Assembly (NCBI GenBank): GCA_028716965.1
Contig: JAQUOV010000001.1
Span: forward strand, 134,448 to 198,447
Origin: Candidatus Omnitrophota bacterium
GTDB taxonomy: Bacteria; Omnitrophota; Gorgyraeia; Gygaellales; Profunditerraquicolaceae
Reading direction: 5' to 3'
Length of the DNA stretch: 64,000 bases
A program made the translations under genes and the position numbers. Shown here piece after piece: positions 55,479 through 63,253 of this stretch. The notes under the pieces were generated by a model. That model saw only the letters and a program-made list of their open reading frames with translations. It ran no database searches and was not told the origin of the DNA. How positions within the stretch are numbered: position 1 is the stretch's first letter; every line of letters starts with the position of its first letter.

Positions 55479-56584
55479 TTTATTTCTCCTAATTTTGCAC
55501 TGCCGCATTTATAAAAAGGTTTACTTGTAACTTTCGCGTTTATAGAGATAGTGTTTTCGCAAAGAGTAACCTGCTCTCCGGGTGAAACTTCGCAACTGAC
55601 ATAACCCATACCGATACCAGATCCAAGACTGGGTGAAAACGAACCACTGGTCACTGTCCCAATATCCTGGCCCTTATGGATTATGCGGTAATTATGACGG
55701 GGCGAGCGCCGGGAATCAGCGATAAAACAAATCATTTTGCGCAATGCTCCACTCTCTTCTTGTTTTAAAAGGCTGGCTTTACCGTTAAACTCTTTATCCC
55801 AATCTATAAAATGCTTTAATCCTGCCTCTAAAGGTGTGGTATTTCTATCTATATCCTGGCCATAAAGGCTATAACCCATCTCCAAGCGTAATGTATCGCG
55901 CGCGCCAAGGCCTATTGGTTTAACCCGCTGGTCATTAAGCAGCTTACCCCATAATCCCGTAATCTTATCATTCGGCATATACAGCTCAAAACCCAGCTCT
56001 CCGGTATAACCTGTACGGCTGATAATTATCTTCTTGCCCAAAAGATCAAAATATCCAAAAGTATAATACCGCAACTCCTTAATCCCCGGGCCGGCTAAAG
56101 CTGCTAATACTTCGGCTGAAAGAGGCCCTTGTAAATCAAGCTTTCCCGACGATTGCGAAATATTCTCAAGACGGGTTGCCCCTTTTAAATTTCTTTGCAG
56201 ATACGCGAAATCATCGTTTGTAGTAGCGGCATTGACTACAACCATCCACTCTGCATCGCCGATTTTATAAACCACCAAATCATCAATAATCCCCCCCTGC
56301 TCATTGAGCATAAACCCGTAACGGCAGGCCCCGGGCGGCATATTTTCAAGGTTAACCGTCACCAAATGGCTAAAGTTACTCTTAGCCAAATCCGCCTCTA
56401 TAATAAACTCACCCATATGGCAGATATCAAATAAGCCGGCATTTTGCCTCACCCAGTTATGCTCTTCAATAATTCCGCTATATTGAATAGGCATTAACCA
56501 GCCGCCAAAAGGCGCAAGCTTTGCCGCTAACTCTTTATGCTTGTCAATAAGGGGAGTTTCGGCAAGCACTAAACTTTCATTCAT
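55475..56584 (-). CDS. gcvT: Aminomethyltransferase (glycine cleavage T protein).
   Basis: The GcvT fold. The likely start is MNESLVLAETPL at 56584; the ORF track extends it to 56701. Confidence 0.8.
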   Translation of the reverse strand: MNESLVLAETPLIDKHKELAAKLAPFGGWLMPIQYSGIIEEHNWVRQNAGLFDICHMGEFIIEADLAKSNFSHLVTVNLENMPPGACRYGFMLNEQGGIIDDLVVYKIGDAEWMVVVNAATTNDDFAYLQRNLKGATRLENISQSSGKLDLQGPLSAEVLAALAGPGIKELRYYTFGYFDLLGKKIIISRTGYTGELGFELYMPNDKITGLWGKLLNDQRVKPIGLGARDTLRLEMGYSLYGQDIDRNTTPLEAGLKHFIDWDKEFNGKASLLKQEESGALRKMICFIADSRRSPRHNYRIIHKGQDIGTVTSGSFSPSLGSGIGMGYVSCEVSPGEQVTLCENTISINAKVTSKPFYKCGSAKLGEIK

Positions 56585-56819
56585 ACGTTTAAACTTTCTA
56601 AATTGGAAAACAATTATTATACTTTTGAGGGATAAATCTTTTACGCTTTCGCGGCAAAATCCGCTCAAGCATTTAGCCTCAGTTTTAATCCGGGGGCTCA
56701 ATATTTATAACAAAAATAAACCGTTATGTCAATAAGTTAGGGGACACTTCTGTTTTTTATTCTTTCTTGCTCAAGAATTTGCCTAATATAAAGACCACCC
56801 CAACACTAAGCCATAAGTC

Positions 56820-56875
56820 CATAAGACGCTCTATACAACCATCTCAAGATATTAAAGTTACAAAACAATTATTTT
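56820..56875. repeat. Type-2 REP-like element.
   Basis: ATAAGACGCTCTATACAACC...AGTTACAAAACAATTATTTTA. Confidence 0.55.
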
Positions 56876-56894
56876 ATTCTACATCTCCCGGTTA

Positions 56895-56950
56895 AGAAGT
56901 AATTGTTTCATAACATCATTATTTACAAATAAATACATAAACTGTCTACT
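56895..56950. repeat. REP-like element (type-1/type-2 hybrid) in inverted orientation, forming a doublet with 56820-56875.
   Basis: Its reverse complement is TAAGTAGACAGTTTATGTATTT...GTTATGAAACAATTACTTC. Confidence 0.55.
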
Positions 56951-57281
56951 TATCTTTTTTGGTTAATAATCTAGCGATTATAAACACCGCCGCAACGCAA
57001 ATAAGTATCCCTATCGCGGCTGAAAAAATATAAGCAAAGCTTAAGCTCACAAAAGGTTTCTCCTCCCATCCCTTAAAAGCATAGTCGGGTAGCGGCGCAC
57101 TCCAAAAGCTTGACAGTTTCTCTAATCCTTTCGGTATGTAACCGACTAACTGCTGCATTTCATCCACCCCCCACTCCCCCCAGGCTGAACCTGCCTTAAA
57201 ATGTTCAGGCAAAAACAAACCCAAAGGGGACAAAACAATTAACGCGCCGATAAAAATCCAAAGTTTAGAAATAATCTTCAT
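56946..57281 (-). CDS. PDGLE-domain / CbiN-like small membrane component of the Co/Ni uptake system.
   Basis: MKIISKLWIFIGALIVLSPLGLFLPEHFKAGSAWGEWG...PLPDYAF and a C-terminal transmembrane helix. It directly follows cbiM. Confidence 0.5.
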   Translation of the reverse strand: MKIISKLWIFIGALIVLSPLGLFLPEHFKAGSAWGEWGVDEMQQLVGYIPKGLEKLSSFWSAPLPDYAFKGWEEKPFVSLSFAYIFSAAIGILICVAAVFIIARLLTKKDK

Positions 57282-57964
57282 TAAAGTTTCCTCCCTTCTG
57301 CCAAAAGCTCCGGAGCATGTTTTTGCAAATATTTTATTACCAGGGCAGTTACAATTGCCTCCACCCATCCAAAAACCAAGAGATGCTCGCCTAACATAGC
57401 AGGCAAAGCTACATTTAAACCATAAGGGCAATACAGCGCCTGGCCGGATGCAGTCTTATACAGCAAAGGCTGGATACCGAACACAAACCCGCTCAACCCT
57501 GCGGCAATATTGAGCGCTATATAACCGGCAATACCTGCGGCAATAACTCTTCTATTTGAACCTACGGGAGCCTTATAACTAAGTGCCCTATAAATATAAT
57601 ATCCGGTAAAAGGAAGCGCAAACGCCATATTAAAACAGTTTGCGCCGATGGCAGTAATGCCGCCATCGCCAAATAATAGCGCCTGGATTACAAGGGCTAC
57701 TGTAATAGCGATACAAGCAGCCCATGGCCCAAGCAATATTGCCACAAGTACTCCGCCTACAGCATGGCCGGTAGTGCCGCCGGGTATGGGGACATTAAAC
57801 ATCATAATCACAAAACTGAATGCCGCCCCTATCGCCAATAAAGGAACCTGCCTGGCATTAAGGGTTGCTTTAACAATGCGTGAAGCAGTTGTCCATATAG
57901 GCAGCATAATAAGATAAAAGAAACCACAGGTTGCCGGGCCTAAGTATCCGTCTGGTATATGCAT
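57281..57964 (-). CDS. cbiM: CbiM/NikM substrate-capture component of the Co/Ni ECF-type transporter.
   Basis: An MHIPDGYL N-terminus (the metal-binding Met-His) in a polytopic membrane protein. Confidence 0.8.
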   Translation of the reverse strand: MHIPDGYLGPATCGFFYLIMLPIWTTASRIVKATLNARQVPLLAIGAAFSFVIMMFNVPIPGGTTGHAVGGVLVAILLGPWAACIAITVALVIQALLFGDGGITAIGANCFNMAFALPFTGYYIYRALSYKAPVGSNRRVIAAGIAGYIALNIAAGLSGFVFGIQPLLYKTASGQALYCPYGLNVALPAMLGEHLLVFGWVEAIVTALVIKYLQKHAPELLAEGRKL

Positions 57965-57975
57965 AATCTCCCCCC

Positions 57976-58884
57976 TTAAAAAGTATAAACCCCGGTTAAT
58001 ACTATAGAATCATTAGCATCCGTGTTAACTCCGGCCACCACTCTTTGATATGCCAATAAAAATTGTACTTTATCGCATGACCAGCCAATACCGGGAGATA
58101 CGGTCAGGTAGTTTACTGCCGTTGATACAGTCCTTTGGCCGTCCTGCCATGTATCGCCCTGAAGATATCCATTTGCCTCCAACATCAAATTAAAACCTTT
58201 AGGTAAAAAGTATTCTACCCCGAAATCATAGTTAGTATAGCTGGCATACCTTGTTTTTACACCATCTACCATCACCTTTTGGGGGAAACTAAAAACAGCA
58301 TCCGCGTGGAATAAAAATGGCTTAAATTTCTTAGTCAAAATAAAACCAAGCCCGGGATCCCAGGAACCGCTCCCCATAGAGTCGGTTTCCAGTTTATCAG
58401 GATTCAAATGCTGATATTTTCCGGTAGGCATTTTAAGTTGGAATAAACCGGTTAGATGGGGCAGCCAGCCTTTTTCTTCTAAAGCGCAATAACGCAGGAA
58501 CAGGTAGCTGTCCCCAAAACCGTTCTTATGGGCACTTGCTCCTTCCTGCTTGATATAATTCTCCTGATAGACTGCCTGGGCATCGATCTCTAATCTGTCC
58601 GTAATGCCATATTGCATGAATAACTGCTCTTGATACTGATCCTTTCTCTGGCTCTTAGCTAACCCGTGGTATTTGCCGTCTGCATCAAAACTTCCCCTTG
58701 TCCTGTTATAAAAGAAGAACGGCTGGATCACAAACTCACCCTTGGCGCAAAGCGGCGCTGTCCATGTAGTCAATGTCCCCGCTGAAACAGGGTCCCACTC
58801 TTCATTCGCTTGCTCCTGATTTGCGTAGGAAAAAACACTTAAGCTGTTCACTAAAATTAAAGCGATCAAAATCCGACGTAACAT
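57976..58884 (-). CDS. Outer-membrane beta-barrel protein; possible metal-uptake channel.
   Basis: A signal peptide, alternating amphipathic strands and a C-terminal ...GVYTF. It lies 12 bp upstream of cbiM in the same operon. Confidence 0.5.
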   Translation of the reverse strand: MLRRILIALILVNSLSVFSYANQEQANEEWDPVSAGTLTTWTAPLCAKGEFVIQPFFFYNRTRGSFDADGKYHGLAKSQRKDQYQEQLFMQYGITDRLEIDAQAVYQENYIKQEGASAHKNGFGDSYLFLRYCALEEKGWLPHLTGLFQLKMPTGKYQHLNPDKLETDSMGSGSWDPGLGFILTKKFKPFLFHADAVFSFPQKVMVDGVKTRYASYTNYDFGVEYFLPKGFNLMLEANGYLQGDTWQDGQRTVSTAVNYLTVSPGIGWSCDKVQFLLAYQRVVAGVNTDANDSIVLTGVYTF

Positions 58885-58898
58885 TTTCCCTCCTTTTT

Positions 58899-58925
58899 GT
58901 GCTATTAATTAATATTTTGTGCTAC
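58899..58925. promoter_or_regulatory. Candidate NikR-type operator: GTGCTAT-N13-GTGCTAC, upstream of the outer-membrane-barrel/cbiM/cbiN operon.
   Basis: It shares the GTGCTAC half-site and the N13 spacing with the site upstream of nikR. Confidence 0.3.
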
Positions 58926-58947
58926 TTATGGTTAAAAAAAATAATAC

Positions 58948-59358
58948 TTAAACACCCTTACCCGTAGTGGACATGCTTAATGTCCCATGTTTAACGCCTT
59001 TCACTGATTTTAAGCTATCCGCCAGTTTCTGGGCCTGCTGGGGGCTTCCCTTTACCGCAATTACCTCTAAACAATTATCATGGTCAAGATGGATGTGCTG
59101 AGAAGAAATTATAGAGTCGCCAAAATCATGCTGAATATCCATGAGCTTATTTACTAACTCCCTTTTATGATGGTTGTAAATTAAAGTTATCGCCCCGGCG
59201 ATCTCATGGCTACCCTGCCACTGTTCCAGAACCAGCTCCTTGCGGATTAAGTCACGAAAGGCCTCGGAACGGTTGGTATATTCTTTATCCCTGATCAGAC
59301 GGTCAAATCTGGCTAAAAGTCCTTTCTCTATTGAAACCCCAAAACGGATCAACGGCAT
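58948..59358 (-). CDS. nikR: Nickel-responsive regulator NikR.
   Basis: An N-terminal RHH (IRFGVSIEKGLLARFDRLI...NRSEAFRDLIR) and a C-terminal metal site (HIHLDHDNCLEV). Confidence 0.8.
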   Translation of the reverse strand: MPLIRFGVSIEKGLLARFDRLIRDKEYTNRSEAFRDLIRKELVLEQWQGSHEIAGAITLIYNHHKRELVNKLMDIQHDFGDSIISSQHIHLDHDNCLEVIAVKGSPQQAQKLADSLKSVKGVKHGTLSMSTTGKGV

Positions 59359-59377
59359 GAATACTCCTCAAAATAAT

Positions 59378-59404
59378 GTGCTACTAATTTAACAATAGTA
59401 ACAT
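59378..59404. promoter_or_regulatory. Candidate NikR operator: GTGCTAC-N13-GTAACAT, 20-46 bp upstream of the nikR ATG.
   Basis: It resembles the GTGTTAC-N13/14-GTAACAC NikR box described for delta-proteobacteria and archaea. Confidence 0.35.
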
Positions 59405-59405
59405 G

Positions 59406-60626
59406 TCAGGTTCTTCCTGTCAAGGCCTCTTTTTTCAGGATAAAGAACACGGGAAGCGCAGCTATCTCCACGGCAATACTGATAAAAATAACTGCCGGTA
59501 TTGAATGCTCATAAAGCAGGCCAATAATCGCGCTGCCGATAAAGATCGCCAATCCATAAGCTGTATTAAATATTCCGTATCCGGTGCCCCTTTTCTTTAA
59601 AGGGGTCAGGTCGGCAATCGCGGATTTCATGATTGTTTCATGCGCCCCCATCACAATTCCCCAGATGATTGCCCCGGCTAAAACAAATGAAAATCTTGTA
59701 GAGAAAACAAACGCGGGGATAAATAGCGAAAGGACCGGGATAGCAATCAAGGTAATCAGTCCGGCCTTCTCATTATCGCGCCTGGCTTTAAAAATATCAT
59801 ATGCCTTGCCGATAACCAAAGCTGCTATTGCATCAACCCCCATGGCTAAAGCGTAAAACAAGGGAATTTGCGCATCACTCAAGACGTGCTTAGCCTTAAA
59901 GTGATAACCGATCAAAGCAAAATTCGCAAACCCAAGGGTAGTAACAAAGGTAAAAAACGTATAAACCCAAAAGACCTTGCTTAGTTTATCTGTTCCTTGA
60001 GTTTTAGCTACGGAGGTTTCTAAAATCTCCGGATCAGGCAGGCGGCGGTAAGCAAGTATAATACAAAACATTACCAGGAGCAAAGGGATCCAAAGTAATG
60101 CATACCCCTGCTGGTAATCTGCTAAAGACCTGCCCCCCTTGCCAAGGGCAAGAAAAAGCACGGTAAAAATCAATGGGCCGCTGATTGCGCCGATCTGATC
60201 AAGCACCTCGGCTATTGCAAAACCTATCCCCGTACCCACCTGCTTAGTCGCCTGGGAGAGGATAGTATCTTTTGCCGGGCTGCGCAGGGCCTTGCCTAAC
60301 CTTTCCATAATAATAAAAACAACTGCCACTTGCCAGATACCGGCTAAGGCAAGCAACGGAACGCTTATCAACAAGCCATAGCCAAGGAAGGTAAACCACC
60401 AGTAGGCCCTGGTCTTGTCGGCAAAATACCCTGAAAGCAAGCGTATGGCATAGCCTAAGAACTCGGCTATACCGGCCACCAAACCCACTATGGCGGCATT
60501 TGCACCCAGGGTCTTAAGGTACGGGCCATTTACGCTGCGCGCGCCTTCATAAACCATATCACCGAAAAGGCTCACTAAGCCAAAGAGGAAAATAAGCTGA
60601 AACGCGGTTTTCTTTTGATTATTCAT
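59406..60626 (-). CDS. MFS transporter.
   Basis: A 12-transmembrane-helix pattern, about 406 aa. Confidence 0.6.
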   Translation of the reverse strand: MNNQKKTAFQLIFLFGLVSLFGDMVYEGARSVNGPYLKTLGANAAIVGLVAGIAEFLGYAIRLLSGYFADKTRAYWWFTFLGYGLLISVPLLALAGIWQVAVVFIIMERLGKALRSPAKDTILSQATKQVGTGIGFAIAEVLDQIGAISGPLIFTVLFLALGKGGRSLADYQQGYALLWIPLLLVMFCIILAYRRLPDPEILETSVAKTQGTDKLSKVFWVYTFFTFVTTLGFANFALIGYHFKAKHVLSDAQIPLFYALAMGVDAIAALVIGKAYDIFKARRDNEKAGLITLIAIPVLSLFIPAFVFSTRFSFVLAGAIIWGIVMGAHETIMKSAIADLTPLKKRGTGYGIFNTAYGLAIFIGSAIIGLLYEHSIPAVIFISIAVEIAALPVFFILKKEALTGRT

Positions 60627-60636
60627 CTATATATTA

Positions 60637-60695
60637 TATAAGACGCTTTATGTAATCTTATCATATTCAATGACTTATACAACAATTCTTTCTTT
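60637..60695. repeat. Type-2 REP-like element overlapping the stop of RAYT-2.
   Basis: TAAGACGCTTTATGTAATCTTATCATATTCAATGACTTATACAACAATTCTTTC. Confidence 0.6.
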
Positions 60696-61361
60696 AGGCC
60701 TACCACTTCTTTTAGGAAACAGCCTACCCCTGTATTTTGTTATCCTGTTTACAAATTCTTTACTTCCTAACGGTACATCCAACATTCGAAACATTTCTTC
60801 TTCTTTATTATTATAATCACGCAAAAATTCCTTATAGGCTATACGCCTTAAGCTGATATTTTGACCAAATTCACCAAAAATAGGGCTTTCCGTAGTAACC
60901 CCATCCTGCTCCCCTAAACAATAAAATCGTGCGCTGCTAAAAGGATAGTCCTGAGCTTGAAAGACCATATTCGCCCTTAAAGGATTTCTTTCAATATATC
61001 TTCCACAAGCAAACAAATATTCTTCTTTTTGTACCGGCTGAAGCTTGAATCGCCCCTGCCACAAAAAACCCGAAGTAAAGTAAGTTCTATGATAATAACA
61101 CGTATACGCACGGTTGAGTCCAGCCATGCAACTAGATATACGCTCAGGTTCATCAATCTCCAATAAAAGATGATAATGGTTAGGCATGAGTACCCAATGG
61201 TAGATTTTAAGATCAAATCTCTCTATATATTCTTTAAGCAATTTTATAAAATAGAGATATTCTTTTGCTCCATTAAAAACTGTTTCTTTTTTATTCCCCC
61301 TGTTAACCACATGGTAAGCAAAAGAACCAGATAATTGATGTTTTCTAGCATAATATGGCAT
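60675..61361 (-). CDS. REP-associated tyrosine transposase (RAYT), second paralogue.
   Basis: VLMPNHYHLLLEI (HUH motif) and RYIERNPLRANMV. It is paralogous to 21075..21758. Confidence 0.7.
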   Translation of the reverse strand: MPYYARKHQLSGSFAYHVVNRGNKKETVFNGAKEYLYFIKLLKEYIERFDLKIYHWVLMPNHYHLLLEIDEPERISSCMAGLNRAYTCYYHRTYFTSGFLWQGRFKLQPVQKEEYLFACGRYIERNPLRANMVFQAQDYPFSSARFYCLGEQDGVTTESPIFGEFGQNISLRRIAYKEFLRDYNNKEEEMFRMLDVPLGSKEFVNRITKYRGRLFPKRSGRPKERIVV

Positions 61362-61548
61362 AAGTTTTCCTCCTCTTACTATTAAGAGACGTAAAAAAAG
61401 GATAATTCTAACAACTCTTTTTATACTAAAATATCTCCCTTTAAAAAATACTGTTTTTAGAATAATTAAATAAAAGATTATTTCGTAACTTATTTTTTTA
61501 CAATAAATTAGATAAAACGTCTTGAAGTCTTGAAGTTGTTAAGGATGA

Positions 61549-61680
61549 TTCAATAAAAAGAATTGTTTCAGAACTGGATTATTTACAAGAAGTTAGATAA
61601 AGCGTCTTTAGGTGTTCAATAAAAAGAATTGTTTCAGAACTGGATTATTTACAAGAAGTTAGATAAAGCGTCTTTAGGTG
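61549..61680. repeat. Two 66-bp tandem direct repeats, plus a degenerate third at 61495-61548, each ending in the inverted type-2 core AAAGCGTCTTTAGGTG.
   Basis: TTCAATAAAAAGAATTGTTTCAGAACTGGATTATTTACAAGAAGTTAGATAAAGCGTCTTTAGGTG occurs twice in tandem. Confidence 0.7.
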
Positions 61681-61691
61681 CGCTTTAGGTG

Positions 61692-62954
61692 TTAACGGTA
61701 GAATTTGGGCTTGGGGTATTTATACGGTTTCTTGGCCTGTCCATGCCTGGGCTGATTACGCATAGGCTGATGGCCGGAATTTTGGCTGGATTCACTGAAT
61801 TTGTCAAGTGTAAACTCGGCATGTTTTGATACGGGCAACGTAGCCTTAATAAGCTTCTCAATATCGCGCACATCCCTTCCCTGGTCAGGCGTAGCAAAAG
61901 AAATGGCATGGCCCTTATGCCCTGCGCGGGCAGTCCTTCCGATACGATGCACATAATTTTCCGCATCTTCAGGCAGGTCATAATTAATCACCAGTTCAAT
62001 GCCGGTAACATCAATGCCCCGGGAGGCGATATCAGTAGCAACCAGTACCCTGTATTTACCGGATTTAAAACCTTCTAAAGCCTCCCGGCGCTGGACAAGG
62101 GAACGGTTAGAGTGGATCTCGGAAGCAGAGTGGCCCATATCCCTGATGGACCTAACTATCTTTCTGGCATTATGTTTAGTGCGCGAAAACAAAAGCACTG
62201 CGCCATGATACTGCGCAAGGAGTTTCTTAAGTAACTGTGTCTTGGCCTCTTTTTTTACGATAAACAACTCCTGGGTAACCTTTTCGCAGGTAGTCCCTGA
62301 AGGAGCTATTTCAACACTCAAAGGCAATTTCATATATTTTGCGGCGATATTCATAATCTCTTTAGGCATAGTTGCCGAAAAAAGCATGGTCTGCCTTTCT
62401 TTGGGCAGGAAACGCAATATTTTCTCTATTTGCGGGGCAAAACCCATATCCAGCATGCGGTCGGCTTCATCAAGCACAAGCATAACCACGCTATCCGGAA
62501 GGAAATTCCACTGTGACATATGGTCAATCAATCTTCCGGGAGTAGCGATTACCAGGCGGGGATCTTTTCGCAAGGCCTGCACTTGAGGCTCCATCGGCGC
62601 TCCGCCAATAAGGCAGGCGGTCTTCATGCCAAAAGCATGGGCAAGCAAGCGGCAGGCCTCATCAATCTGGATAGCCAGCTCTCTTGTCGGCGCCAGCACT
62701 AATCCTATGCCTTTTTTCTGCACCAGGCGCTGCACCATGGGGATGGCAAACGAATGTGTTTTCCCGGTTCCCGTCTGGGCAATGCCAACGATATCCTTGC
62801 CTTCAATAGCCAGGGGAATAGCCTTGAATTGGATCGGCGTAGGGACCTTAAATTTCATATGCTCCAGGATGTCCAGGATCTTCGGAGCAATACCTAAACC
62901 ATAAAAATCCGGGTTTGCCTGCGCAGGACTATTCGTGATCATCGCTTTATTCAT
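61692..62954 (-). CDS. DEAD-box ATP-dependent RNA helicase (RhlE-like).
   Basis: A Q motif, AQTGTGKT, DEAD (VLDEADRMLDMGF), SAT, HRIGRTAR and a basic C-terminal tail. Confidence 0.8.
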   Translation of the reverse strand: MNKAMITNSPAQANPDFYGLGIAPKILDILEHMKFKVPTPIQFKAIPLAIEGKDIVGIAQTGTGKTHSFAIPMVQRLVQKKGIGLVLAPTRELAIQIDEACRLLAHAFGMKTACLIGGAPMEPQVQALRKDPRLVIATPGRLIDHMSQWNFLPDSVVMLVLDEADRMLDMGFAPQIEKILRFLPKERQTMLFSATMPKEIMNIAAKYMKLPLSVEIAPSGTTCEKVTQELFIVKKEAKTQLLKKLLAQYHGAVLLFSRTKHNARKIVRSIRDMGHSASEIHSNRSLVQRREALEGFKSGKYRVLVATDIASRGIDVTGIELVINYDLPEDAENYVHRIGRTARAGHKGHAISFATPDQGRDVRDIEKLIKATLPVSKHAEFTLDKFSESSQNSGHQPMRNQPRHGQAKKPYKYPKPKFYR

Positions 62955-63146
62955 CAGGATGCTTTATCTTTCTTAGCTTTATTGTCATAAGCCAACAAAC
63001 CAAGATGGATATGGCAATAATCCTCATGGTTATAAATACTCAAGATATGCTTACAGTGCGAATATTTACACTTTCTGCCTTTAAGTGAAGTCTTTACCTT
63101 TTTAATAGCTGCCTCCTTGCCTGCCGGACAGGCAGGCTAAAACTAA

Positions 63147-63188
63147 AAAAGCCGCAAAGGTTAGTTGCCCTCTCTTTGCGGCTTAAAC
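63147..63188 (-). terminator. Rho-independent terminator after the ModA-like gene.
   Basis: On the minus strand it reads AAGCCGCAAAGAGAGGGCAACTAACCTTTGCGGCTTTTTT, a GC stem followed by a T-run. Confidence 0.55.
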
Positions 63189-63253
63189 TTAAAAATACTC
63201 TAATCTTTCACTTATTATACCTCTTTAAATAAAATTGTCAAACAAAAATACCC

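Noticed and set aside
61495-61680. The tandem 66-bp repeats, considered as a possible CRISPR array.
   Set aside because: There are only about 2.5 units, they are directly abutting with no unique spacers, there are no cas genes nearby, and the units carry the RAYT-associated REP core. This is a REP tandem and not CRISPR.
61685-61981. 98-aa minus-strand ORF.
   Set aside because: It lies inside the DEAD-box helicase gene in another frame.
62955-63140. 28-aa plus-strand peptide (MDMAIILMVINTQDMLTVRIFTLSAFK) and a GCCTGCCGGACAGGCAGGC palindrome in the helicase upstream region.
   Set aside because: It is too short, has no SD and sits in a likely promoter or terminator region. The palindrome is noted but cannot be assigned a function.
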